This document shows positions 28,821 to 38,753 of a stretch of 64,000 nt of DNA, piece by piece. This DNA is from an uncultured Fidelibacterota bacterium (GTDB taxonomy: Bacteria; Fidelibacterota; Marinisomatia; Marinisomatales; UBA1611), in the NCBI GenBank assembly GCA_902559415.1, contig CACEHW010000001.1, positions 45,382-109,381 of the forward strand. The letters are read 5' to 3'. Below the pieces are notes generated by a model. The model saw only the letters and a list, made by a program, of their open reading frames with translations. It did not search any database and was not told the DNA's origin. Each line of letters begins with the position of its first letter. Position 1 is the first letter of the stretch. The position numbers and the translations under genes are program-made.

Positions 28821-31004
28821 ATGCAAAATGAAGATAATTATATTTTATTTGTGATTTTATCAGGGATAATTGCCATGGGGTTTGCATTTTGGAAAACTTC
28901 TTGGATTAATAATCAAAAAGAGGGTAATGAGCGGATGAAAACCATTGGAGCAAGTATTGCAGATGGTGCTATGGCATTTCTCAGAGCTGAATACAGAATA
29001 TTAGGTGTCTTTGTAGTGGTAGTAGCCTTTATTCTAGCATACATGAATTCAGGAAGAAATGATTCCAGTGCTCTAATATCTGTTTCATTTATTGTTGGCG
29101 CTTTAGCTTCAGGTTTAGCAGGGTTCTTGGGAATGAGAGTTGCTACAAAAGCAAATAATAGGACTACACATGCGGCAGAAACTAGTTTAGCTAAAGCTTT
29201 GAATGTAGCTTTTAGTGGTGGTGCTGTTATGGGTTTAAGTGTGGTTGGATTAGGTATTTTAGGACTAGGAGTTCTATTCTATATTTATAATTTTACAGCA
29301 ATTTTAGGAAATAGTATGGATAAAATTCTGAATGTTCTTTCGGGATTTTCACTAGGAGCTTCCTCTATTGCTCTTTTTGCAAGAGTAGGTGGGGGTATTT
29401 ATACAAAAGCTGCTGATGTTGGAGCTGATTTAGTCGGTAAAGTAGAATCAGGAATTCCAGAAGATCATCCTCTAAATCCTGCAACAATAGCTGATAATGT
29501 TGGTGATAATGTTGGTGATGTAGCTGGCATGGGAGCTGATTTATTTGAATCATATGTTGGATCTATTATTGGGTCAATGGTATTGGGATCTACTATTTTT
29601 GCTTATGGGGTTGGATTTGATATTAGTTTTGTCATCCTTCCTTTAGTAATCGCTGCATCAGGAATTTTAGTGTCAATTATTGGAACGTTTATGGTTTCTG
29701 TTAAAGAAGGAGGGGATCCACAAAAAGGACTAAACCAAGGGGAGTTTGGCAGCGGGATTTTAATGGTAGCTGTGATTTATTTTTTAATTACTTATCTTCT
29801 GCCAGAGAAATTTACTACTCAGGCAGGATCTGGAGTTACTTATAATAGCATAGGCGTATTCTATGCAACTGTTATTGGTTTAGTTGGCGGACTTGGGATT
29901 GGAAAAGTAACAGAATATTATACAGGAACTGGGACTAAGCCTGTAAAATCAATTGCGAAACAATCCATGACTGGACCAGCGACAAATATCATTTCTGGTC
30001 TCGGTGTTGGGATGGAATCTACAGCTGTGCCTATTTTAATATTATCTGGTAGTATTATGGGGGCATATCATTTTGCTGGATTATATGGTATTGCGATGGC
30101 GGCATTAGGGATGTTAGCAAATACTGGCATTCAATTAGCTGTTGACGCCTACGGACCGATATCAGATAATGCTGGCGGGATTGCAGAAATGGCTGAGCTG
30201 CCAAGTGAAGTTCGCGAAAGAACTGATAAGCTTGATGCTGTTGGAAATACTACTGCTGCTATTGGAAAAGGTTTTGCTATAGGATCTGCTGCTTTAACAG
30301 CTTTAGCACTGTTTGCTGCGTTTAAAGTAAAAAGTGGTATAGATATTATTAATGTTTCTGATCCAATGGTTATGGCGGGACTGTTTATCGGAGGCATGCT
30401 GCCTTTTCTTTTTTCTTCAATGGCTATGGGTGCTGTTGGTAGAGCAGCAATGGCAATGATTGAAGAAGTTAGGAGGCAATTTAATGAAATTCCCGAACTG
30501 AAGAAGGCCTTAGAGATTATGAATCTGAAAAAAAAGGAAGACTGGAGTGACGAAGATAATAAAGTTTACAATGATGCTATGGGTAAAGCAGAGCATGGTA
30601 AGTGTGTAGAAATATCTACTGAGTCTGCGATCAGAGAAATGGTTTTCCCAGGACTTTTAGCTATTATAATGCCTGTAGTTGTTGGGTTTTTGCCTAGCGC
30701 TTTTGGTAGTGATCAGGGGCCTGAAATACTTGGAGGGTTACTTGCTGGAGTGACTCTTACAGGTGTATTAATGGCTATTTTTCAATCGAACTCTGGAGGA
30801 GCATGGGATAATGCTAAAAAAATGATTGAAGAAGGAGTTTTAATAGATGGTCAAACCTTAAGTAAGGGGTCTGATGCTCATAAGGCTGCTGTTGTGGGAG
30901 ATACAGTAGGAGATCCTTTTAAGGACACTTCTGGACCATCATTAAATATTTTAATAAAACTTATGTCAGTGGTGTCATTAGTTATTGCACCATTAATTAA
31001 ATAA
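28821..31004 (+). CDS. hppA: Membrane-integral, K+-dependent-type, cation-pumping pyrophosphatase
   Basis: 727 aa with about 16 TM helices. Motifs are [60 protein letters not shown] and [23 protein letters not shown]. Confidence 0.95.
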   Translation: MQNEDNYILFVILSGIIAMGFAFWKTSWINNQKEGNERMKTIGASIADGAMAFLRAEYRILGVFVVVVAFILAYMNSGRNDSSALISVSFIVGALASGLAGFLGMRVATKANNRTTHAAETSLAKALNVAFSGGAVMGLSVVGLGILGLGVLFYIYNFTAILGNSMDKILNVLSGFSLGASSIALFARVGGGIYTKAADVGADLVGKVESGIPEDHPLNPATIADNVGDNVGDVAGMGADLFESYVGSIIGSMVLGSTIFAYGVGFDISFVILPLVIAASGILVSIIGTFMVSVKEGGDPQKGLNQGEFGSGILMVAVIYFLITYLLPEKFTTQAGSGVTYNSIGVFYATVIGLVGGLGIGKVTEYYTGTGTKPVKSIAKQSMTGPATNIISGLGVGMESTAVPILILSGSIMGAYHFAGLYGIAMAALGMLANTGIQLAVDAYGPISDNAGGIAEMAELPSEVRERTDKLDAVGNTTAAIGKGFAIGSAALTALALFAAFKVKSGIDIINVSDPMVMAGLFIGGMLPFLFSSMAMGAVGRAAMAMIEEVRRQFNEIPELKKALEIMNLKKKEDWSDEDNKVYNDAMGKAEHGKCVEISTESAIREMVFPGLLAIIMPVVVGFLPSAFGSDQGPEILGGLLAGVTLTGVLMAIFQSNSGGAWDNAKKMIEEGVLIDGQTLSKGSDAHKAAVVGDTVGDPFKDTSGPSLNILIKLMSVVSLVIAPLIK

Positions 31005-31020
31005 AATTTAGGGAGAACAT

Positions 31021-31482
31021 ATGCGTTACTATGAATTAATATATATCGTAAACTCGAATGTTGAACGAAAAAAAGTCGACGAAGTCATGAAAGATATTGC
31101 AGGAAGATTAGAAAGTACAGGATCAAAAATTATTAATCACACAGTCTGGGGTAAGAAGAAACTCGCTTATCCGATTAAGGGGAATACCTATGGTACTTAC
31201 ATTCTTATTCACTATTCAGGTGGTGATAATGAAAAGTTAAGTGAATTTGATTCTTGGTTGAAACTTAGTGGTTTAACGATTAGACACATGATTGTAAAGT
31301 TAGATAAAGAGCCTGAAGTGGTAGAAAGTTTTTCTGAAACAGATTCTGATGTTGAGTCTGGTAAAAAGAAACCAGAAGAAGATAAAGATAAAAAATCTGA
31401 TAATAAGAAAATTGAAAAAAAAGAAAGTGAAGATAAAACAAAGAAAGAAAAAACAGATAAAGAAGATAAGGAGACAGAATAA
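31021..31482 (+). CDS. rpsF: 30S ribosomal protein S6 with a Lys/Glu/Asp-rich C-terminal extension
   Basis: [12 protein letters not shown] start and a core of ~95 aa, then a ~55-aa charged tail. It sits upstream of rpsR-rplI. Confidence 0.9.
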   Translation: MRYYELIYIVNSNVERKKVDEVMKDIAGRLESTGSKIINHTVWGKKKLAYPIKGNTYGTYILIHYSGGDNEKLSEFDSWLKLSGLTIRHMIVKLDKEPEVVESFSETDSDVESGKKKPEEDKDKKSDNKKIEKKESEDKTKKEKTDKEDKETE

Positions 31483-31709
31483 TGGCTTTTCAAACTAGGA
31501 GAAAATATTGTTTTTTCAAGGAGAACAATATAACAATTGTGGATTATAAAGATGTAAAATTATTAAAGAGGTTTACAAATGATAATGGTAAGATTATGCC
31601 TCGTAGGGTAACTGGTACGAGTGCAAAAATGCATAGAAAAGTAGTTGGAGCTATAAAGCGAGCTAGGACTATTGGCTTAATGCCTTTTGTTGATAATGGT
31701 TCTGAATAA
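31482..31709 (+). CDS. rpsR: 30S ribosomal protein S18
   Basis: 75 aa. [22 protein letters not shown] ... [32 protein letters not shown] overlap with rpsF. Confidence 0.9.
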   Translation: MAFQTRRKYCFFKENNITIVDYKDVKLLKRFTNDNGKIMPRRVTGTSAKMHRKVVGAIKRARTIGLMPFVDNGSE

Positions 31710-31727
31710 AAGTATGGAGATTATGTC

Positions 31728-32171
31728 ATGAAAGTTATTTTACTTAACGATGTTGAAAACTTAGGACTTGCTGGAGATATTGTAACTGTAAAGCCTGGCT
31801 ATGCAAGGAATAAATTGATTCCTCAAGGGTTAGCCTTAAGGGCTTCTAACAAAAATGTTGCTATTTCAATTGAGAGAAAAAAAGTAGTTAGTGCCAAACT
31901 TGAGCGTGAAAATATTGCACAGCAAAGCCTAGCTAAAAAACTTAGCAATGTGGAAATTACTATTGAAGTAAATGTTGGCGAGGAGGAAAAAATGTTTGGA
32001 TCAATCACTAACTTAGATGTTCATAAAGAATTAACTGCCAAAGGTTATGATTTAGAAAAGAGTCAAATAGTTATTGAAGAGCCTATCAAAGCCTTAGGTA
32101 TCTATCACGCAAAAGTCAAAGTATCAAAAGATATTACATCTGATGTCAAATTATATGTTATAAAGGGTTGA
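31728..32171 (+). CDS. rplI: 50S ribosomal protein L9
   Basis: MKVILLNDVENLGLAGDIVTVKPGYARNKLIPQGLA. 147 aa. Confidence 0.9.
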   Translation: MKVILLNDVENLGLAGDIVTVKPGYARNKLIPQGLALRASNKNVAISIERKKVVSAKLERENIAQQSLAKKLSNVEITIEVNVGEEEKMFGSITNLDVHKELTAKGYDLEKSQIVIEEPIKALGIYHAKVKVSKDITSDVKLYVIKG

Positions 32172-32188
32172 TACTGTAAAACTTTCTA

Positions 32189-34426
32189 ATGTTTGCTGAA
32201 GTTTCGCTTCCAATATCTTCATTTCAAACTTTTACATATGCAGTACCTGAAAATCTAAGAAAAGATGCTATCGTAAGCGCTAGAGTTGATGTCCCTTTTG
32301 GAAATAGAAAAGTCAGTGGCATAATAGTTTCATTAATACATAAGAGTTCTTTTGATGGGCAATTAAAATCTATAATAAAAATTGATCCTAGCACTCCAAT
32401 ATTATCCAAAGAGCTTTGGAAATTAGTCAAGTGGATTAGTCATTATTATGTTGCTCCTATTGGTTTAGCGTATAATTCAGTACTACCGTTCTCACTATTA
32501 AAAGATTATTCTCCCCGTAAGTCCTGGTTCGCAAAGTTTAATGAAAGCGCCAATCTTTCTACTTTAGAAAATTTGCAGAAGTCTTCGCCCAAACAGTTTT
32601 TAGTTTATAATATTATTAAAAAAGCTTCACCAAATTGTATGAGGATTTCAACTTTAAAAGATATTACTTCTAATCCTATATCAGTATGTAAGGCTCTAGA
32701 AAATAAAGGGTTTATAAATCTTTTTAAAAAAAGTGAAGAGCATGTGAGGGATAATATAGCTTTTAGTCCTGTAAAGAAAAAAATTATTTATAATAAAGAA
32801 CAAATTGAAGTTATTGACAATATAAAATCCTCACTTAAATTAAAAAAATTTAGTTCTAATCTTTTACATGGAGTAACTGGCAGTGGGAAAACAGAAATTT
32901 TTATTGAATCAATAAAAACAGCAATAGAGATGGGGAAATCTTCTATTGTCTTGATCCCAGAAATTTCATTAACACCTCAAATTGCTGGTCGTTTTAAGGA
33001 TGTTTTTGGTGAGGGTATTTCTCTTTGGCATTCTCAATTAACAAAAGCTCAAAGAGCGAAGACCTGGGATAGTATAAATACTGGAGAGAGTAAAATTGTA
33101 ATTGGAGCTAGAAGCGCAATTTTTTCGCCAATTAAAAATTTAGGACTTATAATTGTTGATGAGGAACATGATGCTTCTTATAAACAAGAATCACCTTCAC
33201 CAAGGTATCATGCTAGAGATGTTGCAATTATGAGAGGTAAAATTGAAAGTTGTTTAGTTCTTTTATCAAGTGCTACACCAAGTTTAGAAACTTTTTATAA
33301 TTATAAAGTCAAAAAACATAATTATTTAAGTTTACCAAAGAGGTATGGATTTGCGGTATATCCAAAAGTTAAAGTTGTGGATTTAATTGATGAAAGTCGA
33401 GAAACTGGAAAATTCAATATCATTATTTCTGGAACATTACAACAGAAAATTGAAGAGAGACTAAATAACAATGAGCAAGTATTACTTATTCAAAATAGGA
33501 GAGGATACTCCCCTACAGTAAAATGCTCAGATTGCGGGAATATAGTTATGTGTGCTGGGTGTAAGACTCCACTTACATTTCATAAGTATGATAATAATTT
33601 CAAATGTCATATATGTGGATTCATTGGTAATAATGAGATGGATAATTGTAAAGAATGTTTTAGTCAGAATTTTTTATATCTAGGAACTGGTACACAAAAA
33701 GTAGAAAATATTTTAAAACAAACTTTTCCAAGCGCTAGGATAGCGAGGGTTGATTATGACAGTACAAAAAAGAATGACTCTTTAGTAAAAGTTTTACAAT
33801 CATTCCTTAATGGTGAAATTGATATATTATTGGGGACACAGATGATATCAAAAGGGTTAGATTTCCCTGGGATTACTTTAGTTGGCATAATTAATGCTGA
33901 TCTTGGATTGCATATACCAGATTTTAGAGCTACTGAGAGGACTTTTCAATTAATCTATCAAGCGGCTGGAAGAGCGGGTCGAGGAGAAAAGGCAGGTGAG
34001 GTTATAATCCAAACTTATGATAAAAAAAATACTGTAATTAAAGCTGCATCTAAGTTAGACTTAGAAAAATATTATGAAAATATGTTAAATGATAGGATTG
34101 GGCTAAATTATCCTCCTTTTAGCTGGGTTACAAAAATTGAATTTATAGGGAAAAATTCTAAATCAGTTTTTTCTCTATCAAATAAAATCAGAAGTAATTT
34201 TTTAGGGGGATATAAAGGACTTGAAGTTTTAGGGCCTGCACCTTGTTTTAAGGAGAAAGTAAATAATCAGTATAGATTTCAAATTATTTTAAAATCTTTG
34301 AAGAAGCATGATACAAATAGTAATAAACTTCATTCTTTTATAAGCCAAAATTTTATTGAAAATAGAGCTTCTTTATCTGGTTCAAATAAAATTCATATCC
34401 ATATTGATCCAATTTCAATGATATGA
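32189..34426 (+). CDS. priA: Primosomal protein N' (replication restart helicase PriA)
   Basis: Walker A LLHGVTGSGKTE, DExH-like IIVDEEHD, Cys-rich zinc region KCSDCGNIVMCAGCKTPLTFHKYDNNFKCHICG and GTQMISKGLDFP. 745 aa. Confidence 0.9.
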   Translation: MFAEVSLPISSFQTFTYAVPENLRKDAIVSARVDVPFGNRKVSGIIVSLIHKSSFDGQLKSIIKIDPSTPILSKELWKLVKWISHYYVAPIGLAYNSVLPFSLLKDYSPRKSWFAKFNESANLSTLENLQKSSPKQFLVYNIIKKASPNCMRISTLKDITSNPISVCKALENKGFINLFKKSEEHVRDNIAFSPVKKKIIYNKEQIEVIDNIKSSLKLKKFSSNLLHGVTGSGKTEIFIESIKTAIEMGKSSIVLIPEISLTPQIAGRFKDVFGEGISLWHSQLTKAQRAKTWDSINTGESKIVIGARSAIFSPIKNLGLIIVDEEHDASYKQESPSPRYHARDVAIMRGKIESCLVLLSSATPSLETFYNYKVKKHNYLSLPKRYGFAVYPKVKVVDLIDESRETGKFNIIISGTLQQKIEERLNNNEQVLLIQNRRGYSPTVKCSDCGNIVMCAGCKTPLTFHKYDNNFKCHICGFIGNNEMDNCKECFSQNFLYLGTGTQKVENILKQTFPSARIARVDYDSTKKNDSLVKVLQSFLNGEIDILLGTQMISKGLDFPGITLVGIINADLGLHIPDFRATERTFQLIYQAAGRAGRGEKAGEVIIQTYDKKNTVIKAASKLDLEKYYENMLNDRIGLNYPPFSWVTKIEFIGKNSKSVFSLSNKIRSNFLGGYKGLEVLGPAPCFKEKVNNQYRFQIILKSLKKHDTNSNKLHSFISQNFIENRASLSGSNKIHIHIDPISMI

Positions 34427-35322
34427 AAATTTTTATAGTTTTTATAGTTTTTATTTCTTCCTCAATCGCGAATGACCTTCCTCCTGGTTTATTTTCTTGG
34501 TTCTCTGCCAGTGAATTATCATATGCTGGTGGGGGAAGCTTGTTGTTGTCTCCAACTTCAAGAAGTATAAATCTGACTGGAACTACAATCGATAAAAGTT
34601 TTTCAACTTCTTATATTTTTTATCCTGCAGGTATTCAAGCTCAATCTGCATCCTTGTTATTACCAATTAATAATAAAGTTATAATTGGCTCAATAAATCA
34701 TATTTCTTATGGTACTTTTAAGGGATATGATGAAAATGCAATCCAAACCGATAATTATACATCTAGCGATACATGGATTAGACTAGGATACACAGAGCCC
34801 TTTAAAAAATTACCTTTAAGATTTGGGATATCTAATCAAGCATATTTTTCAAAATTGGAAAATTATAAATCAATATTTTTATTTTCATCTTTTGGTTTTG
34901 CTTGGGAAATACAAAAATATAAACTAGAAATAGGTGTTATGATTAATGATTTTTTACTTATACATAATGATAATAGTGAAGATAGTATCAATAGATTAGG
35001 AAATTTCAATTTTGGGTTTTGTAAAGAGCTGATTTACTTACCATTAAAAATATCAATTGATTTTCGCACTAATGGGCATACAACTTTTGATGATTGTTAC
35101 ATAAGTGGTGAATTTAAAGTTTCAGATGCTTTTTGTTTTAATTTAGGGACATCGACAAGAAAATACAGTCAAAATACAGGACAAAGTTTATCTCAAACAA
35201 TTTTTGGTTCGAGCGGACTTGGAATTTACTATAAAAATAAAGACTTAATTATTGGATATGGGTTGTATTTATATGGCACAGGTGGTTCTTCAAATGGGTT
35301 TGATCTAAGTATAAATTTTTAA
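34423..35322 (+). CDS. Secreted protein, probable small outer-membrane beta-barrel, function unknown
   Basis: Signal peptide MKIFIVFIVFISSSIA. It has an alternating Gly/aromatic beta-strand pattern and a C-terminal ...GFDLSINF (terminal Phe, as in many OMPs). ATGA overlap with priA and TAATG overlap with the lipase gene. Confidence 0.5.
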   Translation: MKIFIVFIVFISSSIANDLPPGLFSWFSASELSYAGGGSLLLSPTSRSINLTGTTIDKSFSTSYIFYPAGIQAQSASLLLPINNKVIIGSINHISYGTFKGYDENAIQTDNYTSSDTWIRLGYTEPFKKLPLRFGISNQAYFSKLENYKSIFLFSSFGFAWEIQKYKLEIGVMINDFLLIHNDNSEDSINRLGNFNFGFCKELIYLPLKISIDFRTNGHTTFDDCYISGEFKVSDAFCFNLGTSTRKYSQNTGQSLSQTIFGSSGLGIYYKNKDLIIGYGLYLYGTGGSSNGFDLSINF

Positions 35323-36524
35323 TGAAAAAAATTATTTTTTTGTTATTGTTCATTAATATTTCTTTTGCTCAAAATGAATATCCTATAGTACTTATTCATG
35401 GTTTTTTTGGTTGGGGCAACGACGAAATGGGAGATTATAGATATTGGGGTGGCAAAAAAGATATTCAAAAGAAATTAGAAGAAAATGGTTTTAAAGTTAT
35501 TAATGTATCAGTTGGTCCAATTTCATCAAACTGGGATAGAGCTATTGAGGTTTATCATCAATTAAAAGGTGGTCAGGTGGATTATGGATCAAATCATTCT
35601 AAAAAGTACGGTTTAATTCAAAAACCATCTGATAAAATTTATAAAGGTTTATATCCGGAATGGGGTAGTAATAACCCAGTACATCTAGTTGGACATAGTA
35701 TGGGTGGACAGACAGCAAGAATGCTTCAGTATCTTCTTGAAAATGAGTTTTATATTAATGATAGTTTAAATTTAAAAGAAGAATCTGCTCTTTTAGGGAA
35801 TTCTCAAAAAGGTTGGATTTCTAGTATAACATCTTTAGCAACCCCTCATGATGGAAGCACTTTAGCTGATATTGTAACTAAAACTTTTCCATTTATTCAG
35901 TATTTTATTGGTTTGGCTGGTGTAGTTGGTACAAATTTTTATGATTTTGATCTTAGTCAATGGGAAATTAATAGAAAACCTAATGAAAATTGGTATAAAT
36001 ATGTTCAGAGAATGAGGAATCACGAAGCCTGGAATACTAAAAATATTAGTTCCTGGGACTTAAGCCTAGATGGCGCCGCAGAAATAAATAGTTTTTTAAA
36101 TGCTAGCCCCGATGTTTATTATTTTTCATATTCATTTTCTGCGACAAAAAAAGATGAATTAACTGGCTATCATATCCCAAATAAAGATGTCTTCCTATTA
36201 ATTCGTTCCAGAGCAAAATTGTTGGGGTCGAGAGTAGTATTTACTAGTAATGGCAGTGAAACGGATTCCACTTGGTGGGAAAATGATGGCATAGTCAATT
36301 CTAGATCCATGAAAGGGCCTACTACAGGACAAAATGGAGCTGATCCAATCGTCGAATATTCGGCTTCTGAACCATTAATGCAAGGACAGTGGTATACATT
36401 TGAATCAATAAAATTAGATCATTATCAAAGTGTCGGACATATGTTATCAAATGAAAAAAGGGAGATGTTAGATTCAATTTATATTGAGCATGCTCAGTTG
36501 CTATGGTCTTTACCAAAATACTAA
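35322..36524 (+). CDS. Secreted triacylglycerol lipase (Geobacillus/Staphylococcus-type, family I.5/I.6-like)
   Basis: Signal peptide ending SFA-QNE. The block PIVLIHGFFGWGNDEMGDYRYWGG ... VGPISSNWDRAIEVYHQLKGGQVDYG ... LVGHSMGGQTARMLQYLLENEF is colinear by eye with thermophilic Bacillus lipases. The nucleophile elbow is GHSMGG. Confidence 0.85.
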   Translation: MKKIIFLLLFINISFAQNEYPIVLIHGFFGWGNDEMGDYRYWGGKKDIQKKLEENGFKVINVSVGPISSNWDRAIEVYHQLKGGQVDYGSNHSKKYGLIQKPSDKIYKGLYPEWGSNNPVHLVGHSMGGQTARMLQYLLENEFYINDSLNLKEESALLGNSQKGWISSITSLATPHDGSTLADIVTKTFPFIQYFIGLAGVVGTNFYDFDLSQWEINRKPNENWYKYVQRMRNHEAWNTKNISSWDLSLDGAAEINSFLNASPDVYYFSYSFSATKKDELTGYHIPNKDVFLLIRSRAKLLGSRVVFTSNGSETDSTWWENDGIVNSRSMKGPTTGQNGADPIVEYSASEPLMQGQWYTFESIKLDHYQSVGHMLSNEKREMLDSIYIEHAQLLWSLPKY

Positions 36525-36541
36525 TGTACTAAATGTGAATT

Positions 36542-36560
36542 TAGTTGTAATATACAACTA
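36542..36560. promoter_or_regulatory. Candidate MarR autoregulatory operator: 8-bp inverted repeat TAGTTGTA-ATA-TACAACTA abutting the marR-family start codon
   Basis: The palindrome is read directly from the sequence, and its last base is the A of the ATG at 36560. MarR-family repressors commonly bind such dyads at their own promoters. AT-rich dyads can also occur by chance. Confidence 0.35.
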
Positions 36561-36982
36561 TGAATCAGGGTGAATTACTTAACTCCTTCCTAATTGATTT
36601 ACAAAGAATATTTAGAACAAAAATTGTTCCTAAAGAATTATCTTACAGCCAGGCTCTTGCAATTCTAGTAATTCCTGATGGTGGCATCGAGATGTCTGAA
36701 TTAGCATGGGTTATGGGCCTAGAGAATAGTACAGTTACTAGACTTATTGGACGTTTAGAGACTAATGGGTTTATCAAAAGAAAAAAAAGTGAAGTTGACA
36801 AAAGATCAATAATTGTTTTTTTGAAAAATAAGGGCTTAACAATTCAAAAAAATATTGAAAAAAAATCTGATAAAATTGGTCAAGAAATATTTTTAAATGA
36901 TACCGAGAGTCAAAAAGAAACTATTTTAGAAAATTTATCACTATTTCAATGGACGTTGAAAAAAACGTTCTTAAAAAGATAA
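36560..36982 (+). CDS. MarR family transcriptional regulator
   Basis: 140 aa. The winged-helix core is LSYSQALAILVIPDGGIEMSELAWVMGLENSTVTRLIGRLETNGFIKRKKSEVDKRS. Confidence 0.8.
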   Translation: MNQGELLNSFLIDLQRIFRTKIVPKELSYSQALAILVIPDGGIEMSELAWVMGLENSTVTRLIGRLETNGFIKRKKSEVDKRSIIVFLKNKGLTIQKNIEKKSDKIGQEIFLNDTESQKETILENLSLFQWTLKKTFLKR

Positions 36983-36993
36983 ACTTTCAATCT

Positions 36994-38046
36994 ATGGGGA
37001 TATCTAACCCATTATTATCGTGGTTCGATACTAATAAAAGAGCATTGCCTTTTAGAGAAAATAACAAACCCTATAACGTTTGGATTTCAGAGGTCATGTT
37101 GCAGCAAACAAAAGTTGATACAGTTATCCCCTATTTTAATGAATGGATTAAAAAATTCCCGAACATCAAAGCCGTTGCTGATGCTTCTGAAGAAAGTATT
37201 TTAAAATCTTGGGAAGGATTGGGTTATTATTCAAGATGTAGAAATTTTCACAGGGCTGCTAAAATTATTGTTAAAGAATATAATTCAATAATACCTGATA
37301 CTTGGGATGAATTCAGATCTCTTCCTGGAGTTGGTGATTATACTGCGGGGGCTGTACTTTCGATTGCATTTAATAAAAATTATGTTGCTATAGATGGTAA
37401 TGTGAAAAGAGTAATGGCTAGACTTACCAAGAGGAGAAAATTAAGTAAGTATAATCAAAATTATATTAAATCTACTCTAAATAAACATATAGATAAAAAT
37501 CGACCTGGTGATTTTAATCAGGCTTTAATGGAGTTAGGGGCATGTGTATGTTTACCAAAAAAACCTAAATGTGATGAATGTCCTATAAATGGGATTTGTC
37601 TTGGATATAAAAATGGTATTCCTACTAATTATCCAATGACATCAGTGAAAAAACAAATACCCTTACAAATTTATGTTGGAGGTATAATTAAATTTGAAAA
37701 AAAATTTTTGATTCAAAAAAGAGATGGAAAAATGTTAAATGGTCTTTGGGAAATTCCTATGAAAAAAATTACTCGGAAGAGCAACCATATTGAATATTTT
37801 AAAAAATATATTTTTAATAAGTATGGTTACAAAATAAAATTTAAGAAGATTATATCTGAAATTGAGCACGCATATTCTCATTTTAAAATGAAATTAATTG
37901 TTATGGATTTTATTCAGATTGATGATATTATAGGTGTTGGGACTTCTTTTTCTTGGATCTCTAAGTCAGATATTGATAACTATGCTTTTCATAAAGCCAA
38001 TCACAAAGTATTTAAATTATTTAATAATTCAAATTGGGATGTTTAA
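36994..38046 (+). CDS. mutY: A/G-specific adenine DNA glycosylase
   Basis: HhH-GPD core VWISEVMLQQTKVDTV ... GLGYYSRCRNF ... LPGVGDYTAGAV. The [4Fe-4S] loop is CVCLPKKPKCDECPINGIC, and a NUDIX-like C-terminal domain follows. The track start at 36949 overlaps marR. The Met at 36994 (MGISNPLLSWFDTNKRALPFR) aligns with the MutY N-terminus. Confidence 0.85.
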   Translation: MGISNPLLSWFDTNKRALPFRENNKPYNVWISEVMLQQTKVDTVIPYFNEWIKKFPNIKAVADASEESILKSWEGLGYYSRCRNFHRAAKIIVKEYNSIIPDTWDEFRSLPGVGDYTAGAVLSIAFNKNYVAIDGNVKRVMARLTKRRKLSKYNQNYIKSTLNKHIDKNRPGDFNQALMELGACVCLPKKPKCDECPINGICLGYKNGIPTNYPMTSVKKQIPLQIYVGGIIKFEKKFLIQKRDGKMLNGLWEIPMKKITRKSNHIEYFKKYIFNKYGYKIKFKKIISEIEHAYSHFKMKLIVMDFIQIDDIIGVGTSFSWISKSDIDNYAFHKANHKVFKLFNNSNWDV

Positions 38047-38746
38047 AGTTATAATATCTTTAATTCTTTGGCCATTATGGTTTACATATTTGATAGGCAT
38101 ATTCCCAATATTTTTAGTTTTTACTCTTGTAGTAAATAAAAAATATTTTCATTACTTCTTAAGCCCAATGTCTTATTTATTTTGTTTTTTAGGTGGACAA
38201 TTAGTGAAAAGGACTGGGGTAATACCTAACCCAGCAGGAGGCCCTTATTTATATTTAATTAATCACCAATCTCTTTTTGATCATTTTGCATTAGGTAAAT
38301 ATATAAATCACTATGTAACTGCGGTTGCTAAAAAAGAACATCTTAGTTATCCTTTATGGGGGCAAGTAGCAAAATCATACGGAATAGTTCCTATAAATAG
38401 AACAAATATTAAGGAAGCATTATCAAGCTTAAAAATTGTTGAAAAAGCAATAATCAATGATCAGATATCTTTTCTAATTGCTCCAGAAGGTACAAGGTCA
38501 AAAGATGGCAAATTAGGAGTTTTTAAAAAAGGTGCATTTCACATTGCAAAAAATACAGGTGTTACGATTATCCCAGTTGTTATAGATGGTGCATATAAAG
38601 CAAAAAATGTCGGAGATTGGAGATTGACTCCTGGAATAATTAATATCCATTTTGCTGATACCATTGAACATGAATTATATAAAAACATGACAGTTGAAGA
38701 GTTAAGAGATTACACTATTGATCAATATAAAAAAATCCTAGATTAG
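38039..38746 (+). CDS. plsC: 1-acyl-sn-glycerol-3-phosphate acyltransferase
   Basis: HX4D motif NHQSLFDH and APEGTRS, with an N-terminal TM segment. The track start at 37934 lies inside mutY. The ATG at 38039 (MFKVIISL) overlaps the mutY stop as ATGTTTAA. Confidence 0.8.
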   Translation: MFKVIISLILWPLWFTYLIGIFPIFLVFTLVVNKKYFHYFLSPMSYLFCFLGGQLVKRTGVIPNPAGGPYLYLINHQSLFDHFALGKYINHYVTAVAKKEHLSYPLWGQVAKSYGIVPINRTNIKEALSSLKIVEKAIINDQISFLIAPEGTRSKDGKLGVFKKGAFHIAKNTGVTIIPVVIDGAYKAKNVGDWRLTPGIINIHFADTIEHELYKNMTVEELRDYTIDQYKKILD

Positions 38747-38753
38747 TTATGTA

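Noticed and set aside
29493-29516. Direct 12-nt tandem duplication gataatgttggt x2
   Set aside because: It encodes the conserved DNVGDNVGD catalytic motif of membrane pyrophosphatases. It is a functional protein motif, not a repeat element.
29365-29553. Antisense or shadow ORFs of 60-100 aa inside well-supported genes. Example: the His/Gln-rich 62-aa ORF opposite hppA. The others are 9062-9250, 11023-11205, 12937-13185, 14350-14595, 14608-14910, 17330-17557, 19221-19439, 20546-20806, 21215-21415, 25098-25397, 25820-26080, 27200-27442, 27926-28165, 30149-30397, 31212-31493, 31823-32008, 32224-32430, 36322-36516, 40313-40510, 41204-41437, 41265-41474, 45150-45380, 46534-46827, 47951-48160, 50672-50908, 53655-53840, 54259-54471 and 61255-61437.
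   Set aside because: Each is fully or largely nested in a longer ORF on the other strand or frame that has clear family motifs. Their low-complexity compositions mirror the sense gene's codons, and none has a recognisable motif or RBS.
37934-38038. 5' extension of the plsC ORF in the track (also the 36949 start of mutY, the 25620 start of ispE, the 49185 start of the PAS-prenyltransferase, the 60685 start of the DUF4159-like gene and the 1920 start of the OMP)
   Set aside because: These longest-ORF starts run deep into the preceding genes or lack signal peptides and RBS. Internal starts give N-termini that match family expectations, signal peptides or Shine-Dalgarno spacing.
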